Below are positions 1-12,690 of a stretch of 64,000 nucleotides of DNA, in pieces; within the stretch, counting starts at the first letter, position 1, and each line of letters opens with the position of its first letter. Source of the DNA: Trichoplax sp. H2 (taxonomy: Eukaryota); the NCBI GenBank assembly GCA_003344405.1, contig NOWV01000150.1:62001-126000 (forward strand). Reading direction: 5' to 3'. The notes beneath the pieces were generated by a model. The model saw only the letters and a program-made list of their open reading frames with translations. It was not told where the DNA came from and did not search any database. The translations under genes were made by a program, and so were the position numbers.

Positions 1-3000
1 GGAAGAATTCGTCGTGCTCGTGCGATTCTAGCTCATCTCCTGAAATGTGTCGCTGGCGCTGAAGCTACTTCTGTAGCGATAGGTGCTGGTGATGAAACCC
101 AGCGATCTCGTCAATTTAGCACAGATAGTAACGGTAGTCACAATAAATCATTTTCATTTAGTAGGAGTAGGAACGTAAGTACCAGCAGCTTCAAGGGTAT
201 TAATCCCGATGGTGATATAGAAGAAGAAAGAACGTTATCATTCTTACCTTTGCCTTTACACTTATTACTGCAAGCAGATCAGGAAAATTATAAGAAAGTA
301 AGATATCTTACTTAGAATAGCACTTTTGCTGCAGTAGATTTGATAGAATTAGATTAATAATCTTTGTTGTTCATTCATTAATTTTTGATAGTTATGTAAG
401 TTGGAAGGTGAGAAAGGGGTTGATAGCGCTGCAGGGTTCATGGATATAGACGATTACGATATGTTAAACTATGACGAGAATCCAAGTGCCTTGTCAAGTT
501 CTCCTAAAGGTGATGATATGGTAGCTAATAAAGAACTAGCAGAAAATCAGACGCTAACTCAGATTCGACAAAAGAGTTTAACGTATTTTGGAGTAGCACA
601 AGCGAAACTACTCGCTTCTAGTCTTGCTAAAATGCAACTCCCTGGTTTAACTAGCCTTGATCAACTATACCTGTTAACACTAGCTGAAGATATTGGATCA
701 ATTAAAGTTGAAATTGGAGCATTTTCTCATCAAGATAAAGATGAAGAAAGTACGTTTCAAACTACTAATCGAATGACAGCAGCAAGTTCCTTTACTAGTA
801 GCGATGGTGGTGGTTATGCTAATGTAGACAGATTGTCGTCTGGAAGTGGAGTTGAATCTGTTGATGATTGTGGCCTTCGGTTCCTTTTAGCGATGAGATT
901 GCATATAGCACTGAATCGTTCTTTACCTCCACGCTATCGGATGTCATTAGACAAACAGATGTCTACATCTAATTTTGCTTGGGCATTTCATTCTACTTCT
1001 GCTGAAGATTTGGTCGCTCTTATACCTGCTGTTCATCGTGGCGATCCCTCTTGGGAAGAACTTCGAATGGTTGGTGCAGGTTGGTGGATCAGGAGTAACG
1101 ATCTTTTAAGGCGATGTGTAGAAAAGGTCAGTAACATATATTAGGGATCGCAATATTTACCAAGATATTTCTTAAATACTTCTTTCCTGTTAAATTGTTT
1201 AAAGGTTGCAAGAACTCAATTTAATGCCAATCAAAATCCGTTAGATTGTGCGTTATTGTATTTGGCGATGAAAAAAAAGAGTTTAATAACAAACTTGTTT
1301 AAGTATGCCATGTAGATTACTCTGTACCTTATTGGTTTACATATGAAATGACTGATTAATATTATAAGCATCATTTTTTCTCGTATAGAACGGTTCAGGA
1401 TAGCAAGATGACCCAATTTTTTGCTCATAACTTTGCCGAAGACCGATGGAGAAAGGCAGCTTTAAAAAATGCTTATGTTCTTCTTGGACAGCAGCGTTTC
1501 GTGGTCGCTGCGGCATTCTTCTTACTTGGTGGATCTCTATGGGATGCTGTGGAAGTCTGTTTGAATCGATTAAACGATTACCAATTAGCACTTGTTATTA
1601 CAAGATTACATAGTGGTGATGACTGTAATAGTAATCAGACTTTATATCGGATCTTAAATGAATACGTATTAGGCAATGCTGATGACAATGAAGGATTACG
1701 AGATCCTTTCTTACGTAGTATTACCCATTGGTGGCTTAAAGACTATGCTATGTCATTAAATATTCTCCTCGATACTGTTAGTTCTAATGAAATTGACAGT
1801 GCAACTGGTTACGAAATCGTAAATCCTGATATATTTTACCTATATTATTATTTGCGACTTCATCCAGTAATTAAGAAGACTCGATTTGCTGCAGTTCCAG
1901 CATCCCTTCAACAGCCTAGTTCTGCAACAAGTGCTATCTTATCGAGAAGGGCATTATCTAAACCTAACAACAAGCCACTACTGTCGATTGTTACAAATAC
2001 TAATGCAAAATCCTCTTCAGTAGGTATTGGCGAAGATGGTTTATTATATAGGAAAGAGCGCCGACTATTCTTTGCTGCCGCTAACACTCATTTTAAAACA
2101 GGTTGTCCGGCTTTGGCATTAGAGATTCTCTCACTCTTGCCTGATACGCTTAAAGATGGTAGGAATGGTCGTCAAACTATTAAGGCAACTTCAGTAGTAT
2201 TATCACCTGCCCCTAGTAGTAGCGTACCAAACGAAATTATTCATACTGGTACATTCGGCACATTCGATTTCAATGATGGAAGTCAGCTACCTAGTACCTC
2301 AGCCAACAAAACTTCCAATGCTACTGACTTCGATTGGAGCCAGCCGGTATCGACTCAGCTTGAGAAAAAAACAAATGACTTTGACTACAATCAAACTACT
2401 TCAGATAAATCGAATGATAATGCCGCCAGCTTTGACTGGAGTCAGCCTGCTTCGGATACATTACAAGATAAGGGGAGCGATTTTGATTGGAGTCAACCAG
2501 TATCTAATAAAATTAATGATACTGAAGATACATTTGATTGGAGTCAACCAGTATCCAATAAAATTAATGACACTTCAGATACACTTGATTGGAGTCAACC
2601 TGTATCATCAAAATTGACAGAAGATCTAGATATGGAAAGCTATACAACCGGTCCAGACCTGAAAGTGACAAATGCCAGTGGTGTTGAGATTGACAATGAT
2701 ACTAATATTAATAAAGAAGATCAAGAACAGATTGGAGATACAAGTAAAAAGATGATAGAAGACAGCATGTTAGAACATTTAAAATTTTTTGCTTGCCTGA
2801 GAATATTATTAGAAGAACTAAGGGCTTTACCTGCGGATTGTGAAATTACAGGAAATACCAACCGTTTAAAATCCAGGCTTACTGAATTCTTAAAACAGGA
2901 ATTCGATGCCTTAGCTGCATTATGTGATTACTCCGGTGGTAATAAGGCAGAATTTGCTACATTAGAAGTAACTGATGATGACAAGCAAACTGAGGATACG

Positions 3001-6000
3001 AACGATACCGTAAATCAAAATAATGCAAGCAATACGCTTTCTGTTAATATTTCAGAAGATACATTATCTCACAAACGAGCAGTTGCTATAGAAAGGAAGA
3101 AATGGTTATTACGAAATCAAAAGTTGCTAGCAGCATTACTAAACTATTGCACTCTACATGGAGCAAATAGTTCAGGATTAACTACGATAAGGATGGGTAT
3201 ACTATTATTGCTTCATGAATCGCAACCTCTTTCGCAACAACAACAACAGCGTTTGTCGCTAATACCTCCGTCAGAAGTTCCCCCTTTAGTAACGTCAACA
3301 TTGTCTTCCTCTCCGTTATTTACCAACCCTATCTCACTAATTCGTTCCCTAACTAAAGATATTTTATTACCTCTATCGCAACTGAAGATGCCACCCAGCC
3401 CTGATCGTCCTGTGGGATCAATATCTGTACTGCTATCATTAAGTAGTACGTTGTCTTCGTGCATTTATCAATGCTTATGTTGCGATGTCTTTGACGGGGA
3501 ACAGGACCGCCACACGTTCAGTAGTCAACCATCCTCTCCTATCTTTAAGATAGCCTCATTTGAAAGTAATAATCGCCTCGATATGATCGAAAAATATCCA
3601 TATTCTCAACCTAGCAAGTGGCCGGGTATGCAGGCATTACGATCTCTCTTGTCTCGTGATGGTGCCGAAGAATCAACTGCGTTAAGAGTTCTACTGGTAG
3701 AGTGCTCTGTAGCAGTATATCTTACTTTGTTGGCTTCAGCATGGTCGGAGCATCTGCCAAATCAATTATTTCGTCTTATTGGTAATCCTTTAAGCGATAA
3801 AATGTGGTTAAAAGTATTTGGTGGAAGCGTAAAACTAACTCCAAAATCAACACAGAATAGTAAACCTCCCGGACATATTGATACTGCACGTCGACGATTT
3901 AATTATAAGGTATTTCAAAGTAGTGGAGATGCGGTAGACCATAAAAATACTCGTTCTGAAAAGTACATACCCCCGCAACTTCATCTCTTGGAATATTTCC
4001 TGACTAAGGTAAGCTGCTTACTTTATTCTATTATGAAGTACACATTTTTAGCGTATGAAGCTTTATGTATGATCTGCTGTGTATAATTTAATATTTTGAG
4101 AAGTAATTATTCCTAATGTCCAAATTTTGTTAACTTTAAATAGCCCGACATGACAGATAAGGAAATAAACTATGATTCTCAAGAGTCCGACGAGGAAAGC
4201 TGTGATGAACTTTCCGATGTTTACGACGATGATATTGACGGCGGATCGGATACTGAAAAAGAAGTGCAAGATCAAGCAAGATATGATAGCTTCAGTTGGG
4301 CGCTAATGAATTATGCAATTATTAAGTTTGTTTATAATAAATTTCAAACTCTATTAACTGTCGCTGGAATCGAGCTTTCAGGTTTGAAGTGTACTTGTCT
4401 TAGAATTACGTAATGAATACTATAGTTATTTTAACTTAATGTTGGTAACGTTGTATTTCTTTAGAATTACCTAGCTCGTCGTTGCTGTTATTTAATACGA
4501 TGAAAATGCTAGAGCGCTGGCAACGTGTGCTATTGGAAAATTTGGAGGCTTTCAACGGTCCGCCGTCTAATTTCATCAATTTTGTCGCTACTCCAATCCA
4601 AGAGGATAAATCGCGAGATGTTGCAGTTTTTAAGTACAAAGGCCTCCTTGAGCCTTTAAACACACCTTTCAGGTAAATAGATTACAAGAGTTAAAAATTA
4701 TGCCGTTATGCTTGCATATAAACCTTAAGCAATTTCGTTTTAGTGATAACCGAAAGGCAGGTGCTGAGGGAAGACTGTGGAAATGTTTACTGAAAGAGAC
4801 TCTAAGTGTCTTTGTTGATTACGTTTTCCGACAGCAAACAGGAACAGATAGTACTGTAAGTTACGAAGTAGTAGCATATTCGTACGATAAGATATACCTA
4901 AGTTACGAAAGAATTTTAATTGATACAAAATAAAATTAGCCGTTACGAAATTGAAGATTTAGTTGCATCCATTAGCAGCATGATTTAAATATTGCCGTAT
5001 TTTTCTTATCATGTCAATTTTCATAGGATCAAGAGAGTTGTAACACAGAAAGTACCAATACTACCGGAAATAATGCTGGCAGCAGTGGTCAAGATGAAGA
5101 AATTGTACTATTCAAGAGCGCCGAAGCTATGAATTCATTTTCTTTAAATAACGGGAATCGTAATTGTATAGTCGTAGCTGATAAAGAGGATCTAATTGAA
5201 CTTGACGTATCACCGATATTATGTCCAGATACATCCACTTGGATTGATGATAATGATGGTCTCGCTAATCAAGGGTAATATTTAAAATTGATTTCATATT
5301 TTGAGAAGAGAAATTGAAATTTCTTAATATGTATATGATTAATGTCTTCCTCCTGTGCTAAATTTTTAGAACTGGATCTTCCTTGAGTCTATCAGGAGCG
5401 GATGAATTCGTTATTATTAAATCAAATAATCAATCTTCTGTAAATTTTGGTTCGCATAGACAGTCTCAGGCTTTCTTACCTATTGCATCTGATACATCGG
5501 AGTCTCTGCAATGTGGGAAAGCAACTAATGTGGTATGACTACTTTTTTGTTGCATGCTTTATACACATTGTCTAAACAGGTGCTATCAATTATTTCTAGC
5601 TTTTGAAGAGACCATCCCAATTAGCGCGTAGAACAGATTCACACCCGCAGCTACCATTCTGTGAGTATCGTATAAGATCCTGGTCTAAAGCAATCATAAG
5701 TCTCGTAAAATGTTATATAAAATACAGAATAATAATAGTCTATTGGTCAAAAAATAGATATTTCTGGCTCACAAGATGGCAGTGTTCGATTATGGGAATA
5801 TGGTCATGCTCGTTGTTTATCCACTGCTAGAAAATCTCTCAGTCATTCTTCGCCTGTAACTGGAATTCATTTTACGCCTCAAGGCAATAAGGTAGAACAG
5901 TATGAATATGCGAGTACAGTACTTTGGCACGTAATTGATTACCGATATAAAAGAATTTTAGTATCGTATTATAGATCTGAATTGGACACGAATTAAACAG

Positions 6001-7097
6001 TTAAACATTTAAAAATTAATTCAAATTATTCTTATCTCCAAGTTTGGTGTTACTGATGGCAGTGGAACCCTGAGTCTTTGGCAACTTACAGGCAATTCGT
6101 CGAATTCGAAGCCATATATGGTACGTACTTAGGGCACATTCTTGTTATTATATGCATATTAATTAAATTGCCTTCTTGGAATCGACCAAGATAATTAATG
6201 TAGAATTTTTGGGTAGATGTTACGATGCCATAAAGCGGCAAATGATTTCGCTTTCGTTGGATCATCCAGCTTCATTGCTACAGTTGGTCAGTCACTGGAT
6301 GGAAGGTATGGGATTAATCAATTATCTTAATAGTACAATACGATTGACTTCTGGAACTATACCTTTACAGAAATCTGTGTTTATGGGATACACTTGTTCC
6401 TGTTAGAAGCGCACTAGTTAAAGGTATGGCTTCAAGTTTTTCGCTAACGAAGTGATTGGCAAAGACGTTTAATTCTATGCACTGTTCCTGTTTTTTATAT
6501 CGTTAATTTATAGGTTTCAATTGTCATGAAAATGGTGCTGGTGTTGTAGCTTATGCTCCGATGCGGCAAGTTATTATCACCGGCGGCAAAAGGGGATATA
6601 TATGTATCCTAATTACAAGTTATATTTTACATACTAATTCGATTAAGCCAAATTTCAAGCTATATTATATTCCTTGACGACTTGTTCTTAGCTGTTTATG
6701 ATGTGCGTCAGCGTCAGCTTCGATATTCATTCCTTGCGCATGATGCTACAATAAATTGTTTGACAATTGATGAAACTGAAGAATTTTTCATCACTGGTTC
6801 CTCGGATGGTGATATTAAGGTATACTAGATGTCCATTTATATAAATTTAAAGTTTCTATGATATAAGAAAGAGTGAGTAACATTCTTAAAAATGAATAGG
6901 TTTGGAATATGTCCTCACATGATGAACTTGGTAAATTTAACGGGATACACACAAGAAGCGGGATTTTCAAGACTGCAGGTATTGGCGTTACAAAGCTGGT
7001 TCTCCTGCCTCATGGACAATTATTTTCATCAGGAGGAGATGGAACGATTAAATTTCGAACGTTACCTGAGACAATAGTGCCACGTTATGATCGGTAA
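1..7097 (+). CDS. DMXL: Dmx-like protein / rabconnectin-3 alpha (RAVE/Rav1-like WD40 scaffold), 5'-partial, multi-exon
   Basis: Spliced exons give Rav1-C-like motifs (VDDCGLRFLLAMR, NFAWAFHS, PSWEELRMVGAGWW, PLDCALLYLAMKKK, FFAHNFAEDRWRKAALKNAYVLLGQQRF, AAFFLLGGSLWDAV, HFKTGCPALALEIL). C-terminal WD40 exons include SHPQLPFYISGSQDGSVRLWE, FITGSSDGDIKVW and LFSSGGDGTIKFR. Stop TAA ends at 7097; the gene begins before the window. Confidence 0.95.
2326..2607 (+). repeat. Coding tandem repeat, (D/T/S)-F-D-W-S-Q-P peptide units; 51-bp DNA units at 2482-2532, 2533-2583 and a partial unit at 2584-2607
   Basis: tttgattggagtcaaccagtatc(t/c)aataaaattaatga(t/c)act... recurs with a 51-nt period. The peptide has DWSQP five times plus a degenerate FDYNQT. 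Confidence 0.9.
6604..6691 (+). other. U12-type (minor spliceosome) GT-AG intron in DMXL
   Basis: 5' site GTATCCT at 6604; branch TTCCTTGAC at 6670-6678, close to the AG ending at 6691. Removal keeps the frame (GGKRGYI-S-VYDVRQRQ). Confidence 0.85.
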
Positions 7098-9046
7098 AGG
7101 AGAGTGTAATAGCCATGGAGGCACTTATTTAATCCGATAGTGTTAAGATACATGTATGTATGGTACTGTATAAATTTGTCCGAACTATCTTTCAAGAACA
7201 TCATATTTATAATTTATGAGACGGAACTATTATTTCATGAACACTTTCCTATATACAGTAGTATCATTTCCATAAGATTAGCAGAGCCTTCTTTAAACAC
7301 TACTAGATTAAATTGATATAAGTGATACTTTCATGCTTAACTGCTTTACACAATATATATTATATTTGTATGTACAGTATAATAGCACCCTAAATTATTT
7401 TACGTAAAAAATTTTTACACTACTTATGATTAATAAAGAACTGTCTCAGTCAGAGTTTCTGTACGTTTTTAATAATTTTGTACTTTAGCTTGCATTGCAC
7501 AAAGATGACAACTACCTCAAATACGGTATTACAATATCGGAGGATTTATTACAAGTACAGTATTTAATATTCAACTGGATATCGTGGTCATTAATTTACT
7601 ACACTTTAACGAAAGAATAAAATTTATTTAACGCCTGAATTAATCGATTTTTGCTTTGATGTACAGTACAGTCATACAGTTATGCTAAATCTTACGTTAA
7701 TTCGAGTGGATTAATGCAGAGTTATTTATGTGTATTTGCTATATTGATAAGAACTGACATTTAATCGGTCATTAGCTTAATGGTGCTATTGCTATTTAAT
7801 TTAATCTATATAGTACAATACTAAGCTTACACGATTACAACATAAAGGCTCATTATAAATAAGTTAAACTTTAATCATCAAGAAAAATGATATCGTTAAT
7901 AAACTTCTGTGTGTGACGTGCGCGTTTAAAGTCTAACATTGGTAACCTGATTCTGTAAAAAAGAAGATAGATGATTCCGTAAACGTGATCATTTTAAGTA
8001 TGACACAGGTATTGATGATATCTTGTAGTCATGCAGCATATTGTTGTATATATTGGACACATTTCAAATCATCATCTAGTCTAATCTACGTGATGCATCA
8101 ATACTTGTATAAAACAGATCTTGGCCATATGAATAGCAGAGAAATTTTGATTGCACGTCTAGTAGCAAAACAGAGCTTTATTTCGAGTTTCTCTATATTA
8201 ATAGCGACCCTAAAGTAACGTTGATACATTTTCAGCAAAAGGCTACATTAATCTAGCAGGCATAAGTAACTACTAGTGATAGTTATTATGCATATGCTCT
8301 GTAGATTTAATACTATGTTGTCCTTCTAATATGTAATAAGTGTATACTTGATACATAATTTAAACCAATATTCTTGTTTGATAGAATGGGTCAGAAACAC
8401 ATTCAGTAAAATATGATGATTTAAAAGTGTTGTCATCTTTAAATTACTGCTATAGTTAAGGTATAGCACTTTCTAACGTTATTCATTCTAAGTATACAAT
8501 GTAATAAGTACCAGCGGCTAGATAACCAAAGTATTAACAGATTACAAATAGATCTCAGTTTATTTCAAAACTAATCACTTTTAAACGTCCATACTAAAAA
8601 GCTACGGCGGGATTAATGATCCCAAAGGGTTATACGAATACTTTGGTATTTCATGGCAAGTACACTTATAGCATCAACCAAATTAAACAGTTAACTAAGC
8701 AATAATAATCTATATAAGAATATTCGAAATCGCTAGAGCTAAGATCTACCATAAGTTAAATGTCTTCATTTTAAGTTATAGTATTTTAATAGCATTATGG
8801 ATTCATATATATGTATGGTGAATTATTAAAATTCACATTCCGAGCTGTTACTGTGACAATTTGTAATCTTTCTCCTTTGGAAATGCAACCAAGCCACGTA
8901 GAATGCAAGAAAATGAGCAGCCTTTAAAAAGTGCTTTACAAAACGTTGAAATAATTACTAAGCAAACTGGCTAGGTAACTAGTCAAATCTATCAGGGTGA
9001 TGCTAATGAAGTACGTATAATATGATTTATGCAATAGGCGCCTACT

Positions 9047-11851
9047 TTAGGAAGGGCTCAATTTAATGTCCTTATTTATCTGTACGAGTATTCCGATTAA
9101 GGAAGATATGACTCCAAAGACACCAATCATACCGGAAGAAAAATTGGAATAACCTAAACGAGTCATAGGAATCCAAAGATCACATTCATTCTTGATAAAA
9201 TCGAGCAATAAATCTTTTCGACGGCCAAACAAAGTAGGTATAAAACCAATAGTTTTAACAGTATCACCACTCGTATTGCGTGATTTTATAGGGTTGAAGA
9301 ATAACGTTATCATTTCGTAGATATCCCGCAATAAAGCTGTAATCAACGCAGCCAGCCAAAAACGAGATGCCAGCAGTGTAATTTTTTTCTTATCTAAAGA
9401 TCCTACACCAACATGAGCCAGCCAGACCAGGTGATCATGGAAGAGATATAGGGCCCGGCAGACATGAGAGACGGTTAGGGTCAGCTTGTATAGAAGATCG
9501 CCTAAACCTGAACATTTCCAGGCATTCAGGACCTCATCGATGGGTTTACCAATGCGAAAAACTTTTGTATTAAAACGTAAACAAACTTGTTAATATAGGA
9601 CAAGTTGAAGTAACACAATACAAATAGTCCTACAGTATTGATACTGGATCTATTGATGTAGTAAAACTACTAGCTGAAATGGCATAACTAAGTTTGCAAA
9701 TGGAAATAATGACTGTGGAGAGGAAAAGGCATTTCGCTGTTAGGTCCAATTCATTTAATTTAATTTAATGAAACTTTCTTTATTACACTACTGTACACGT
9801 GCCTATTATGCCAGCATACATTATGCATCACAGTACTACATACCTTTCCTTGCCATAGCTAAACTTGTAGATAATGTATTGATGACTTCAATCATCTTGG
9901 CGTTGTTAGGATTTCCTTCCAATAGCCAAGCGGCTATTTTAGAGCCATATTGGACGACTCTATAAAGTCAACAGGAAGAACGTAGTCGATCAGTTCAGCG
10001 TGCCCGTACGGACAAATGTTATTATTTATTTTTATTATAAACTTGCAATTGCTGCAATGGAGGTGAGAGGTTCCCCAACTACCGGAGTACTGTTTGGTTC
10101 TACAACTACCGAAGTACTATAATTTGTTGATCTTATTCGTCATTCTATGCTAAAACTGCTACGATCAAATAGCAGCATTTCATAGGGAAAGATGACAAAA
10201 AAAAAGTGGACGAGGTAGTCGTTTCGCTTGCCTGTTGTAGCAAAATCGGCTAGAAAGATATTTTTCTCGTAAGATTTTAAACTAGAAGTACAATAGGATA
10301 AATACTACTGTACACATACTTCATATTTATTCCATCAGCCGGCTATTACTGTCTTGTCTCGATCATTATACATGTTTATAACAGTAAAACAAAATACCGC
10401 ACTGGGTGTTGGACGTATCTCTATTATAAGAGTGTTGAGTGTATCTTGCTGTCGTATACTACGGACTTGTACGGTAATAATATCCAATTGTAAAAACTGA
10501 TTCTTGTAGCTGACATCGAATCTCGTAGCAGATCTGTGTTGCGAATATAAAGCAGTCATATCGTAGCTTCACAGTGGATTCTCAATTTTTAGGATTGAAG
10601 GGGAGGAGAAAAGGAACAGTAATGAAAACAAAACAAATCAATAAAGAAGCTGCTACCGTATTGGTGATTTTAATAATAATGTCAAGTTGAGATAGAATAC
10701 ACTTACAGTGGTGAAACTATTTCAATTCGACCCTTGAGTTTATGGATAACTTTCGACATGTACAATAAAGTGAATATGCCGTTATACTGGATCATTAAAT
10801 GGTATACTGGAAGTATCAGTATATCTATATTACTTACAGTACTATCAAGATGGTGAAATTGACCGCAGCGTTTGCGTTGCAGAAATGGAATAGGAATAGT
10901 GTCTAATATCGATGATGGTAGCATCCATTTTGAAAGCAAACTTAACGATGCTCCATCAGTAGGTTGTTTACAGTTTACTGGAGATGTAAAAGAGAACTTT
11001 GTCGTACAGTATTTCTGCTTTCGACATGTAAAAACAAGCGCGTTCATATCGATTGCATCTACTCGTCAAGGTATTCTACAGTGCAGTTAATTGAACGTGC
11101 TTGTTAAGTCATTTGGTAATACAGTCATTATCCTCAACTATTAGGGCATCACACTATGCAGTATCCATTCTAAAGCATGCTTGCAATATCAGAACTAGCC
11201 TCTCATGCATTTTTTCCTCTGATTTTACATTAATTAGACATCTGATCATTTGAAATTTAAGACGATAAAATGATGCGTTGGTGATAGCGAATCCTATCGT
11301 AAAGCATACAAAGGGTTAAAGCACTTTATCGTTGAGCTATATCTACTATAACTGTCTTGCTTGAAAGTGAACATGTCAAGACAAGCTGACATCATACTGG
11401 CAAGACGCCAAAAGGACATCGATAAACTTGTCCAAGGGTAGAAAAATGAAAGCATTCCATAACTGCGTATTGCTTTTTACAGAGCAATGTAGAGTACACT
11501 TGATGTTACTGTACAATTCAGTTTGAAAAAAGAAGAAAGCAATCCATGTCTTGATTGATTGATTGATACAATAGCCTAGTTTCACTCTCTGGTGAACTAG
11601 AAATGGAACATTTGTAGGCAAAAAGAGGAAAAAAAATAAAAAACTGCTGGACCTTCTGTGTTGCACGCAAACGAATGTCCACAAGCTGATGCCCAAAATG
11701 CCTGCCTAGTCGATGCATCACAACACAAACCCTTCAATATGGATAAGTATTTATTCTCCCGTCTATACTAATCTCCAATCATTTACCTGCAAAGTTTATC
11801 TCTTCCTGCTGTTTGAGCTGCATATTTGACGTAGAATTCTGCATAAGACAT
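9047..11851 (-). CDS. PEX11: Peroxisomal biogenesis factor 11 (PEX11 alpha/beta-like), 3 coding exons, 231 aa
   Basis: Exons 11851-11787 (MSYAEFYVKYAAQTAGRDKLCR), 9959-9844 (VVQYGSKIAAWLL...LSTSLAMARK) and 9561-9047 (VFRIGKP...YLFHDHLVWLAHVG...LLLDFIKNECDLWIP...GVISSLIG). Splice phases are consistent; the total is 696 nt. Confidence 0.92.
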
Positions 11852-12242
11852 GATGGATTACAATCTGCTGCTACGAGGAGTGTGGCGGAGATGGGAAAAA
11901 GGTCAAGCGAGAGCAATTTGCATTTGCTTACGGAGGTTGATCCAGGTCGACCGTCGACTACGTCCAGCATATCGACTGGAGCCTGACTTGATACGTTCCA
12001 GTAGCACGCCAATATTGATACAGAGGTCAAGCTGATGGTATTACTCTACCGTATCGTATTCATCATCGTACATTCGACTCTACCCTGAGCTCGACACTAA
12101 CTGCCCCGTTGCTTACCAAGCGCCATACTGCCACACTATCAAGCGCAGTATGAAAGCGATCTTCATCCACTTGTAGTTGCATCATCGGTCCCATTACATC
12201 TATCCGTCCGTCCGTATTCGTATCATTGTAGCAGAAAAGCCC

Positions 12243-12690
12243 CTACTGTATAGTACAGTACTGTACTGTACTGTACTGTACTGTACAGTAAGCGTGAACA
12301 GGTACTGTAGAGGTACAGTACTGTACGGCAGTTGTGGGTAGGTGTGGCATAGGCGCGGCTGGTAGTCGATGTCCAAGTCCGAGCGTCCGTATACGGAGCG
12401 GTCTCATTCTGTACAGTGTACGCACGGTAGATACAGTGCTAGCTAGATACTGTACACTGTACAATAGAGCGAATAGAACATCGATCCTGTCCGTCCGTAA
12501 TAGTACAAGTTTAAGACAAAAACCCCCCTACAAGTGCACATTCACCATGCACATTCAAAATACAGTACTGTAGGTATACTGTACTGTACTGTATACTGTA
12601 CTGTAATAGAACCATGTACTGTACACTGTAATACTGTATGACGACTGTACACTACTACTGTACATTACAAAAATATTTATACTGTACAGT
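12243..12690. repeat. (CTGTA/TACAG)n pentamer arrays upstream of PEX11
   Basis: ctgtactgtactgtactgtactgtacagta at about 12261-12290, and many tactgta/tacagta units at 12560-12690. Confidence 0.8.

Noticed and set aside
2482-2607. Regularly spaced repeats as a CRISPR-like array
   Set aside because: This is an in-frame coding repeat within a eukaryotic exon, with no unique spacers or cas genes.
10037-11721. Short ORFs in PEX11 intron 1 (10335-10559, 10703-11047, 10872-11090, 11376-11696) as a nested gene
   Set aside because: No recognisable domain, and the splice combinations I tried hit stop codons.
12243-12573. ORFs rich in YSTVQ/VLYCT peptides (also 39066-39296)
   Set aside because: These are translations of the TACAG/CTGTA repeat, not proteins.
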